Shown here in pieces: positions 14,215-25,805 of a stretch of DNA of 64,000 nt (within the stretch, counting starts at the first letter, position 1; every line of letters begins with the position of its first letter). Under the pieces are notes generated by a model, which worked only from the letters and a program-made list of their open reading frames with translations, was not told the origin of the DNA and searched no databases. The stretch is taken from assembly GCA_964016885.1 (NCBI GenBank), contig OZ024742.1, positions 296,608,001 through 296,672,000 of the forward strand, in the 5' to 3' direction. Position numbers and translations under genes: made by a program. The DNA is from Eledone cirrhosa (taxonomy: Eukaryota).

Positions 14215-15180
14215 TATATGTATATATATATGTGCATATATATATGAAGTGTTTATGGTTCAAAAACTGGAAAAACACAACTCAGGTAGTACTGAGTGCA
14301 TGTTAAATTGCAGAATAGGCATAGTTATATTGTGTAGTTCAAGACTATGCCATATATCTATATGATAATTGTCACTTCTTTACAGAAGAGGGTTATCTCT
14401 TCAACATTGTATATAATGAAAACTTAGCTGGTCATATTTATTGGCTGTTGCACAGAATTTAAGTATAATAACAGTGGATATGAAAACATATATTTACAAA
14501 TCTTGTACTGTTAACTCTGAGGAAAATAGAGAAAAATACATTTTTTGTTACAAAAAATATTTTTCTTTTATAACAAAGCTACTCATATGATCATTGCATA
14601 GAAATGTATAATATATGTCTATATATGTTTTCAAATATACATCTATTATTCTTAAACACTGTCGTAGTGCTACTGCCAATTAAACATAACCAGCCAAGTT
14701 TGCGCTATATGCCAATAAGCATTTCCAGCCAGTGTTCATGCAAAATTATGTATTGACTCTAGTCTATTTTCATACCAGTATGTCATTCATGAAAGATTAA
14801 CAAATCATCAAACAGCACTGTCTGACATTCTAAAACATACTGGCAATGCTGTGATGTATTCACATAGGAAAATAGAGAAAAATAAATTTTTTCATTACAA
14901 AAAATATTTTTCTTTGATAGCAAATTTAACCATATGTTTATTATGTTTATTGTATATAAACATATACATAATAAATGTAATCTAAGTTTTTCGAATATTA
15001 ATAATAATATTCGATTCGTTTGCCATTTTGCAAACAAGCCTCAATTTTATAGCCATGTCAATAGAATGAACACTTCATTCTTGCTCTTGTGTTGACATGC
15101 GAACAGAACTGCAGACACTAATGTTTCTAGGTATCACCTAGGTATCACATTATTTTTAATACACAGTGACTGATTGGCCT

Positions 15181-15268
15181 GATTTGCATATTAGCAGACT
15201 GGCTGATCAGTCAGATCTGCATATTAGCAGATCCAGTGATCAGCCAGATTTGCATATCAGCAGACTGG
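15181..15268. promoter_or_regulatory. Array of 33-bp subrepeats with octamer motifs
   Basis: ATTTGCAT at 15182 and 15248, ATCTGCAT at 15215; repeated at 15619 and 15652 in the second monomer; function inferred only. Confidence 0.45.
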
Positions 15269-15495
15269 CCAGTCAGTTTCCTGTATATGAGCGATAAATG
15301 GCCGGCTTTGCCAAATTCAAATAAAAGAGAAAATTTCGCTCTACATGGCTGAATACAATAAATGTAATCTGAGTTTTTCGAATATTAATAATAACATTCA
15401 ACTCGTTTGCAATTATGCAAACAAGCCTCAATTTTATAGCCATGTCAGTAGAATGAACACTTCATTCTTGCTCTTGTGTTAACATGCGAACAGAA

Positions 15496-15539
15496 CTGCA
15501 GACACTAATGTTTCTGGGTATCACCCTTCATCAGTACAG
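15496..15539 (-). ncRNA. Type I hammerhead ribozyme
   Basis: CUGUA-CUGAUGA-AGGGU(gau)ACCCA-GAAA-CA(uuag)UG-UC/UGCAG; all three stems pair; GUC cleavage triplet; A.A at base of stem II. Confidence 0.8.
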
Positions 15540-16199
15540 CTCACTGTTCACCTCCAAACTGTCAGAGCTAGTGAAAATATATGCTATTTTCAAAAATACA
15601 CAGTGACCGATCGGTCTGATTTGCATATTAGCAGACTGGCTGATCAGTTAGATCTGCATATTAGCAGATCCACTGATCAGCCAACACAAGAGCAAGAATG
15701 AAGTGTTCATTCTACTGACATGGCTATAAAATTGAGGGTTATTTACAGAATTGCAAATGAATCGAATGTTATTATTAATATTCGAAATACTCAGATTACA
15801 TTTATTGTATTCAGTCATGTAGAGCGAAATTTTCTTTTTTATAACGTATATATATATTTATATAGTATAAAAAAACGAAAAATCAGTGATGCATCTGGAC
15901 TCAGTTTATTGCATGTTACAATTGTTTCGCCGGCAGGTAGCTCGAGACATGATCACTGTATGGATCTGGCTGATTCTACGGGTGCAGGTTCCTTCGGACA
16001 CATGCAATTCTTTCGGAGCAAATTTTCTCACTGGGGTGTTATCATCAAAAAACACCTTCAAAAAACATCTTCCACTCTTGTCATGCCATTGGCTGTTGTT
16101 TTTCTACGTCATCATAAATTCTGGTCACTATTTACTGCTACACTGGTCATAGGCCATTTTCCATCCAACACACTTCAATGGAGCCATGCTGGGTTTGGT

Positions 16200-16911
16200 A
16201 TCTCACACGTCTGTTCACACTCATGCACACACACACAAATACACATACACACATACACACACGCAGGCACACACACATGCATGCATACACATATGTACGC
16301 ACACATGTGTAGACACACATACCCCATGCACATATATACACACACACACTCTCCCTCTCTTACACATACCCAAGCACACCCACACCCACATACAGACCAC
16401 CACATGTCTATTGGCGCCTGCCTATACAGCCCCTTACATCCGGTTTCACACGCACACGCGCACACACGCGCAGACACACGTACATGCATATAAAGACATA
16501 TATCGGCATTCGGGCACATCTGCACATATATACACAAACAATCTCCGACACATACATAGACACACACACGGCCATACACGCATATCCTTAAGGATAGGCA
16601 TCAAGGACAGACACACTTCCAGAGACTTAAGCACACATACACACACAGATACAGACCTGTACATATATCTACACACAAGTACATGTACCCGCATATAAAC
16701 ATATAGACAAACCCTGTCCTATGTGGGTGTACGTACCCACTCACACTCACACACACCCACTGACAGATACACACACCATGTATATATATGTGTGAGTATA
16801 TAGACACACACACATACGCACACATACAGACACACACATACGCATATACATATATGTATACACATACACATACATATATGTATACACATACATATATATA
16901 TATACATACAA

Positions 16912-16944
<33 letters not shown>

Positions 16945-17341
16945 TACATACTTATACACACATGTCTATATGTGTACACACACACACACATACATACACA
17001 TAGACACACACATACGCACACACATATACCTACGCATATCCATATATACATACATATATATATTCATACACATACATACATATATACACATACATATACA
17101 TAAATACATACACACATACACACACATATATATAACTCTACATGCATACACATACCCACATATACATATACATATATATATATACATACGCACACGGACA
17201 CCAACATTCACACACATGCACATATGCATATGTGCTTACACACACATGCTTACACATATACATATATAAACAAAACCGTAAAATAAATATACAATATACT
17301 ATAAAAATACATTATACAATAAAATAACAATATAGTATACA

Positions 17342-17409
<68 letters not shown>
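16200..17409. repeat. Long degenerate (CA)/(TACA)/(TA) low-complexity tract
   Basis: Sequence composition. Confidence 0.92.
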
Positions 17410-17412
<3 letters not shown>

Positions 17413-19160
17413 GCGCAACTAATCAGAGAGAGAATTGACCTAGATGAAATGCAGTTCGGGTTTGTGTCAGGCAAAAGTACCACAGACGCTCTTTTCATTG
17501 TACGACAACTACAGGAGAAGTACCTAGCTAAAAGTAAACCCCTCTACTTAGCTTTTGTCGACTTGGAGAAAGCCTTCGACAGAGTCCCCCGTTCCATTAT
17601 CTGGTGGGCTCTTAGAAAACTAGGTGTCAACGAATGGCTTGTGAGAGCTATACAAGCCATGTATAAAGAAACAGTCAGCAGGTTAGAATTAACAACAAAT
17701 ATAGTGAAGAGTTTAGCGTAAAAGTTGGCGTCCATCAGGGCTCTGTTCTCAGCCCCCTACTATTTATTATTGCCCTTCAGGCTATAACAGTGGAGTTCAA
17801 GACCGGCTGCCCATGGGAACTCCTATACGCAGACGACCTAACACTCATAGCTGAATCAATGGCCGAGCTAGAGAAGAAATTCCAAACATTGAAGCACGGC
17901 CTTAAAATTAATCTGGCTATGACCAAAGTTCTAGTTTGTAGGAAAGAAAATAAGGCGGCGGTCCCTTCCGGGAAGTGGCCATGCTCAGTGTGTAGGAAAG
18001 GCGTAGGTAGAAACTCCATTTTGTGTCAGAAATGCAAAGTATGGGTGCATAAAAGATGTAGTGGGATCACAGGTAAGCTAACTAAGAACATAGATTTCAC
18101 ATGTGGCCGGTGCTCTGGTGCAATAAGTAGCAGCAAGTGCCCACAAAATACTAGCTCTTTCAACTGCGCAGAGGGCTCTATAGAAATAGTGGACAGCTTC
18201 TGTTACCTGGGTGACAAAATCAGCAGTGGGGGAGGGTGCTCTGAAAGTACGGTAGCTAGAGTCAGAGCTGGATGGAAAAAGTTCAGAGAGCTTATACCAC
18301 TATTAGCCGCTAAAGGGTTCTCCCTAAAAATGAAAGGCAGGTTGTATGATGCCTGCATACGAACATCAATGTTGCATGGCAGTGAGACCTGGGCATTGTG
18401 TGCAGAGGATATACGCAGACTAGAGAGGAACGAAGCTTGCATGCTCCGCTGGATGTGTAATAGTAATATACGTGAACGGCAAAGCATAAACGAACTAAGG
18501 GAGAAATTAGGAATAAGAGGGATCAGATGTTGTTTACTCGAGAGAAGGCTACGTTGGTATGGACACGTGATGCGCATGAAAGTCGATAGCTGTATAACAA
18601 AGTGCAGGGCAATAAAGATAGACGGTAGCCACGGAATAGGCAGACCTAGAAAAACCTGGGACGAGCTGATAAACTCCGACCTCACACACTTACACCTCTC
18701 CAAGACAATGTCACTGGACCGAGACCTTTGGCGATACTCAGTAATAGAGAAGATCCGCCTTACCTAAATACATAGTAAAACCTACTACAGTCAGTAGGCA
18801 TCTCTAACAAAATACACCCCATCCCACCCCCCACCCCCACCCCATCCACACCGCCCCCTTCTATGTAAAGTTGTGTTGGGGCCACACCATCCAGGCCGAA
18901 ACAAATGAGATCGTGTAGGTGTCACGACAAAAAAACACAGTCCACGCTGTAATGTGGCCGTGTAGGCAACACGGTAAAAACCTCCCAGACCCACACTGTA
19001 AATGTGGTTGGTGTTAGGAAGGGCATCCAACTGTAGAAAACCTGCCAGACAGTCCTATGCGAGCAAGACAATCACTCTTGCCTCAAGTGGGAAAACCCCC
19101 CGTCCAAACCCATGCAAGCGTGGAACACGGACGTTAAACGTTGATGATGATGATGATGAT
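17410..19160 (+). mobile_element. 5'-truncated RTE-clade LINE with a PHD finger inserted in the RT
   Basis: QFGF...STTDA, FVDLEKAFDRVPR, GVHQGSVLSPLLF, LYADDL, FCYLG, LHGSETW, RLRWYGHV, GRPRKTW; frameshift near 17680; stop 18767; 3'UTR ends in (GAT)n; flanked by (TA)n. Confidence 0.95.
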
Positions 19161-19809
19161 ATATATATATATATATATATATAATAGATATATGATAAAA
19201 TAATATATAATAAAATGAATATATAATCCATCCGTACACATTCCTGTGAGATGTACATATATATATATAAATATATATATAGACATATATACACATATAC
19301 ACACACACACACACACATACATACACAACCACATACACACACATACTCTTATACAGCTATATATACATACATATATATACACACACCCACATATGTACAC
19401 ACATGTACATGCATGCACACACACAGATATATAAATTCACGCATATACGTACATATGCACACATACACCCCTCCCCCACACACACAAGTATATATATATC
19501 TACATAAACACTCACATACATATACATACGCACAGGTCTACACATAAACACACATATAAAAACAATAAGATAATAAAATAAAATAAATTTACAACATGTT
19601 AAAATACATTAAAATCTGTATATAACTTCACAAAGAGATATATTAAAAAAAGGGGGGGGGGGGTAAAGGAGAAGGTACGTGTATTCATGTGATATCCTAC
19701 ACACAGGTAGTATGAGGTGCAAACTTAGGTCCGTGTATGGAACAAACAACAATAACAATAATAATAATTGTTCCAAAGTGGAATGTGTGGAGAGTATATA
19801 TTCACGATT

Positions 19810-20056
19810 GATCTTTCAGGTCCCACATCAGGTCCGCTAACCTAGTGGAGCGCCTTTTGCTACGGTCCCTGAAGGAATTCGTGTGATTATACATCTGCGA
19901 TTTAAATGGTTGTGGATGTTGCGCCGATATAGGTGCGATGCGCATTTTGGGTTCTAACCACACACTTGTATATCAGATCCTTCGTCAGGCATTTTCCCTG
20001 TAGGGGGCACTGGGTGCCCACTCTGCAGTTACAAGTTCTGTTGTCAGTTCTTTCGC
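19810..20056 (-). mobile_element. PLE GIY-YIG endonuclease fragment
   Basis: CNCRVGTQCPLQGKCLTKDLIYKCVV...TYIGATST...YNHTNSFRD...STRLADLMWDLKD. Confidence 0.85.
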
Positions 20057-20170
20057 ATATATATATATTTATGTGTGTGTGTGTGTGTGTATGTATATAT
20101 GTACATATATACATATTACTCTTTTACCTGTTTCAGCCATCCGGCTGAGGCCATGCTGGGGCACCGCCCT

Positions 20171-20224
<54 letters not shown>

Positions 20225-20249
20225 CATATTGTACTTTCATATTATAATC

Positions 20250-20375
20250 AGCACTTTCTACTTCCAGCCGAGTATGTCCCCGCATGCCGAACGATACTCC
20301 ATTCGAGGCCTTGGTCTTTCAGGTCCCACACCAGGTCCACTAACCTAGTGGAGTGCCTTTTGCTATGATCCCTGA
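20250..20375 (-). mobile_element. Second PLE GIY-YIG fragment (same family)
   Basis: FRDHSKRHSTRLVDLVWDLKDQGLEWSIVRHAGTYSAGSRKC; nucleotide match to 19812-19873. Confidence 0.8.
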
Positions 20376-21531
20376 AAGTAAACGACTTGGAGTGGTTGAT
20401 CAGTTTGTCTACCTGGGAAGCATTGTCAATCGATACAGCAACCTTGATAGTGAAATCTCACTTAGGATTAGGAAAGCAAGTGATGCTTTCGGAAAGCTAG
20501 AAAACCGACTCTGGGGTCGGCGAGACATATGCAAGAAGACAAAGGTAAAGGTGTACAAGGCATGTGTGCTGTCTTCTCTTCTTTATGCCTGTGAGACCTG
20601 GGTCACATATCGACACCACCTTAAGCAATTGGAGCGTTTCCATCAGATGTGTCTCAGACGGATCCATGGTGTTCACTGGAGGGACCACATCAGTGATGTC
20701 GAGATTTTGGAAAGCTCTATGTGTGACAGTATAGAAGCTCTTGTGCTTAAGCAACGACTCCGTTGGAGTGGGCACCTTGCCAGGATGAAGGATTCTAGGA
20801 TACCAAAACAACTCTTTTAGGGAGAGTTAGTTAAAGGAAAATGACTGCCACATAAACCAAAAAAGAGGTATAGGATTCCTTGAAAGCCTCTTTGAAAGAC
20901 GCTAACATCTCTGCTGATATACGGGAAAATATTGCTGCTGATCGTAATAAATGGAAAAAGACTGTATATGAGGGAAAAGTTGCTTTTGAGGCATCTTGAA
21001 TCGCATACGAGAAAGTAAAGTGGGATGTGAGGAAGGGCATTGCTGTTGCACTTCCAGACGGAGAGGGTTCTCCTATGGTGCTGACATGCAGCATCTGTGC
21101 AAGACTCTGCCTAAGCAAAGCTGGACTCGAAAGTCATCTTCGCAGTCATAAAGTAAGATCAGTGGTTGACTACCAGGTTGCTGTTGGAGATGCTACTCAT
21201 CATGCTTGCCAAGCATGTGGTAGAGAATGTAAATCAGCAGGAGGGCTCAAACGACATGCAAAAGTACATGAACTCCAACCACAGCCGGCTATTCCCAGTG
21301 AATGTTTTGGTTGCCGACTCTGTGCAAAACATTTTAGATCATTGGCTGGGCTAAAAAGCCACATTCGATTGCAGCGCTGTTAGTTGCTATCGTGTGTGTG
21401 TGTGTATATATATATATGTATATTATTATTGTTGTTGTTGTTGTTGTTATTATTATTGTTGTTATTATTATTATTATTATTAATATATATGTATGTATAT
21501 ATATATATGTGTGTATATATATATATGTGTA

Positions 21532-21582
<51 letters not shown>

Positions 21583-21630
21583 ATGATGATGATGATGATG
21601 ATAATGATATATATATATATTTTTATTTTT

Positions 21631-21665
<35 letters not shown>

Positions 21666-21686
21666 ATGATGATGATGATGATGATG

Positions 21687-21718
<32 letters not shown>

Positions 21719-21785
21719 TTTTTATTTTTATTTTTATTTATTTATTTTTTCTCGTGCAATGACCATACTCAATAACGAGGGGGCA

Positions 21786-21793
<8 letters not shown>
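20376..21793 (+). mobile_element. RTE-clade LINE 3' fragment with three C-terminal zinc fingers; 3'UTR split by microsatellites
   Basis: FVYLGS, RIRKASDAFGKL, LLYACETW, LERFHQMCLRRI, RLRWSGHLARM..SRIPKQL; in-frame stops; three CxxC-x12-H motifs 21087-21380; probable tail catactcaataacgagggggcagccatcat at 21764-21793. Confidence 0.88.
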
Positions 21794-21827
<34 letters not shown>

Positions 21828-21833
<6 letters not shown>

Positions 21834-21915
21834 AAATAAATAAATAAATAACCAAGTTTTAATATATTATTTAATGTATTAAAAACTTGGTTATTTATTT
21901 ATTTATTTTATATAT
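21828..21915. repeat. AT-rich palindrome (~42-bp arms)
   Basis: aaataaataaccaagttttaatatatta / taatgtattaaaaacttggttatttattt. Confidence 0.85.
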
Positions 21916-23233
21916 GCTCTGTGAATGATGTAAACTACTATGACTGGAAATTTACACATTGGATTAAACTCTGAACTGTCTTTTGCTAATCATATGATGG
22001 ATAATAAAATCACATTTGAGCTTTAAATATCTGTCTACCTTATACTAATGTATTATCAACTCATTTGATCTAGGTAATATACATATATATATATAGTTGT
22101 CTTTTTTTAAACTATTTATTTGATTAGAAGTGTGCAAGTGTTGTGTTTGAAACATCTCAACCCATAAACTATGTTAACAGCAGGATTAAGCACATTGGTT
22201 GTATATATTCAACATTGATATGGGTTCGCAAAACAGTACATAATGGAGTTATATGAATGAATATTACGACAGTGTTGTGTTATTACATATTTAAATCTAA
22301 ATATGTCTGTCATAGTGATGGCATTACTAGACAGACCACTTCTTGATGAATTCTTTGTTTATATATTTTACTGTAACCCAGTAGGTATTATTGAAATAAA
22401 TCTCTTACGTCTTTCAAGTTCATTACATCTGATGACATCAGTGATTTCCTTGCGTCATGGTCTGATGATGTAAGCAACAGAAATATGTATTATGTAACTG
22501 CAACTTTAAAGGTATATAATGGAATCTGGCTTTTTGGGGGAGTGAGGGAGTAGTTATACCACCAGGTTATAAAGGTGGCATAGAAGGGAGTGAGTTGCAT
22601 CGATGTTATATTATGATGGGTGCCTGACTTTCCATTCTGGCATGGGTTGGATAAGGAACAGAAATGTACGTAGGAGTAGGGAGCTCATACTTCTTTCTTT
22701 TTCCCATGCTAGCATAGGTTGGCTGAGGCATAAAGGAGGCGAATGTGAGTGGAGTGGGCACTTGAGGAATGAGGGGGCATTGAGGTGGGGAAGATGGACA
22801 AAAGATTCGGGAAATTATAGGGAACACGTTGACTGGCAGGAGGCTAAGTGTTGTTTCATACACATGTATATATATACAGAGATTGAGAGAGGAGCGAGTA
22901 AGAGAGAGAAAGAAAGAACATGAGGAGTAAATACAAATTACCAATATACAATCTTTATCAGATAATTTCAGCTACAAATTACTACTTCCACTCTATTTAG
23001 ATTATATAGATATAGATATTGATTATGCTTGGACATATGTGAAACAGTTGGATGTAAAAACATTTAATTTACATTTATTTCATCAATGAAACTGAAAGGA
23101 AAACCCTAAATATTACTTTGACATTCAACATTAAATTATTCTCAGTTATTACAAGTTTCTTATTTATTAATAAAAAATGAGTATTAGTGTAAACATCCAA
23201 TTAGTTATGCACGATAGGAAAAATTGAGAGCTT

Positions 23234-23462
23234 TTAACCCTTTAGCATTTAAACCAGCTTTATCCGCCCAGAATTCTCTCAGCTCTTTCTGTACAAACCA
23301 GTTGTAACTGGCCACTCATACTGATGTTAACGTATTGTTCTCAAAATAAATAATATCAAAATCTCATAGCTTCCATATTATGTGAGATAATTATGTGAGG
23401 TAAAGCCTTTATCATGAAAATATAATAGTATAGATAGAGTAATGTAAATGATAAAGGGTTAA
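23234..23462 (+). mobile_element. piggyBac-type MITE
   Basis: TTAA-ccctttagcattta...taaatgataaaggg-TTAA; four related copies in the window. Confidence 0.88.
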
Positions 23463-23576
23463 CCCCTGTGAAAGCATCCCACCCTAAACCATTTCTTGTT
23501 CTATAAAACAAATTTTCTCATTTTAAAGGTTCCAATTTAAATCTAAATTTTCCGACATAATTTCATGTAAGAACCC

Positions 23577-24058
23577 TATAATAATAATGAAATGATTGTG
23601 TACAGTGCTCAGGTGCATTACAATTCATCAAAGGTGCATGTATAGTACATAGAATAATGTACAAATGTCAGGAAAGTGAACACGTGTGCATGTGTATGGA
23701 GGGGGTATATCTGGTGTAATGTTGGCGAATCTCAGGAAGAATGGAGGTTTTAAAGGATACAGTGTCCAGACTGCTAACAACTGATTCAGCAACTCTGAGC
23801 GGGGAAAAAAATGTTTCCGAAAGTCATGGGAGCTGTGCTGTTTTCTGACTTTGTAGGCACGTGTGTTAGACATATTGAATTCAAAAAGGTGCTCAGGGTT
23901 GTTGTTGGCAAGAGAGTTAATAATTTTGTGGGTGTTTACCAAGTCAGTTGCCAGGCAGAGCTTCACTGTATCCATGTCCAGGGAAGCAGGGCGTTCAGAG
24001 TATGGCTGATGTCTGATGGAGGGTATTCGCTTGGTTGCATGTCTCTGAACAGTTTCTG
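23577..24058 (-). mobile_element. CR1-like LINE 3' fragment
   Basis: ETVQRHATKRIP...YSER..SL, DLVNTHKII, NTR..KVRKQHS..DFRKHFF; tail gcacctgagcactgtacacaat plus (ATT)n; same tail at 40214-40270. Confidence 0.85.
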
Positions 24059-24107
24059 AGGTTAAGGACTTCTTATTAAATTAATTTACAAATATCATCT
24101 TTAATAT

Positions 24108-24556
24108 TTCTAATTCAGGCACAAGGACAACAATTTTGTAAGAGATGAAAATTGATTAAACCAGTACATGACTGGTATTTTATCTATTCATTCTAGAAGG
24201 ATGGAAGGCAAAGTTAACCTTAGCACAACTTTAAATTCAAAATGTAAAGAGCTAGAACAAAAACACTAAAGTAGTTTTTCTTACACTCTAATGATTCTGC
24301 CAACCCACCACACTTAATACCATCTTAATAAAAGTTTCTGATTTAGGCACAAGGCCAACATTTTTGGAGGAGGGGAAAGTCGATTATAACAACCCCAGTG
24401 CATTACTGGTACTTTATTTTAGCCTCCCCCCTTCCCGTAAGGATAAAAGGCAAAGCTAACCTTGGCAGGATTTGAATTCAGAATATAAGTGCCATAACTA
24501 TATTCCACAAAGTATGTTGTCCGACACTCTACTGATGTTGCCAATTCACCACCCTT
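24108..24556 (-). mobile_element. Two tandem SINE family B copies
   Basis: aggcacaagg...ggtactttatttt...aaggcaaag.taacctt...tttgaattcagaat, twice. Confidence 0.8.
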
Positions 24557-25759
24557 AATAATGAAATAAAAAAATAATTTAAGTAAACCCCTCCAAATTC
24601 TTCATTAATTAATTGAAACATGCTGTATATCATTAGAAATGTGGTCATGAAAGGGTTAGGTATAAGTTTTCATTCAGCCATTCAAACCTTCATAAAATAT
24701 TATGATAGAAGGTCATTTTATATTAAAGTCTTCAATAATTAATGCAAATATGTTTGATAAGGTCATCTATTCACCCACATGTCTGAAAGATGACAAACCT
24801 GTTACAACCATTTAGAACATTTCTGTATTGGTATGAAATGTCAGCAAAACTTCAATTCAAATGGTCATCATTAATAAGAAATATATACTTACTCTATATA
24901 CTGTATGAGTAGTTCATTCTTTTCATAGCAAACTGCTTGAAACCACCCCTGGTTCTATGATACCAAGCTATTTGTTGTAAAGTGTGAATTATCTAAAAAC
25001 TTTTCATCATAATTTTATGTAACCTTTGTTGAGTTATGCTTGAAACACCAGCTTAATAATGAGAAAGTTAGTTATATTACTATATCTCTTCAAATTCTTG
25101 GTAATTTCTGTGATGATATTAAAATTATAGACAATGTATTTCATCAGAAATATGTTAAGAATTGAGTGCATATTTAATGTCTTTATTATATAAAGCTATG
25201 AAACAAACAGTTATGAAAATCCAAGGTATATTTAATATTTAGTGAGTTGCTTTTTCTCAGATATTAGTGTGGCTGAGTGTTAAAGAAGATTGCTTTGTAA
25301 TCATGAGGTCTTGGGTTTGATTCTATTGAATGGAATTTTGGAAAAAAGTCATCATCATCATAGCTTCAAGATAACTCAAGCCTTGTGAGTGAAATTAAGT
25401 ATATGGGAAGTGTGTGGAAGCCCAATGAATGAACTGCAACTAATTGAAATGTCCAGCTTTGTTACTTGGGCTTACTAATTCAGCTGTGAAGTACTCACTT
25501 ATTTGGCTATTATTTTAATGAGTTGGATATTCAGTTGGTTGAACAACTAAATGGTCATTGTCAAATGTGACACAGTTTTCCTGAGTTGTTTACCTTTCAA
25601 TACTACTTTAGTTCTAAGTTAACATTGATAGATCAGACATATCTAATGCATCAGCTAGTTTAACACCTCAAACTAGCCTTGAATGCCTTTAGTCTAGTTC
25701 ACTTTATTGTAAGCATTTGGGCCATGTCTCCAATTTGAGTATACCTTCCTCCCTCTCAC

Positions 25760-25805
25760 CAATCTCAGGGGGCCTGAAAGGGTCTTGGGCATTGCCTTTC
25801 CCTGC
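25760..25805 (-). CDS. Candidate 46-nt micro-exon (e.g. AGKGNAQDPFRPPEI)
   Basis: Acceptor tttttactgtttacacag, donor TTG/gtgaga, GC-richer than flanks; no homology recognised. Confidence 0.3.

Larger units (their letters stand above)
14970..15842 (-). mobile_element. Non-coding HHR-bearing tandem element (retrozyme-like / non-autonomous PLE): ~1.7 direct monomers plus an inverted terminal copy
   Basis: Direct repeats (aatacacagtgac at 15158 and 15595, period 437); 15684-15842 is the inverted copy of ~15322-15481; no ORF. Confidence 0.8.

Noticed and set aside
15720-16493. 257-aa ORF
   Set aside because: Runs across an inverted repeat copy and a (CA)n tract; no domain
18203-18703. Antisense ORFs here and at 38934-39491, 32268-32612, 5332-6110
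   Set aside because: Shadow frames of retroelement coding sequence
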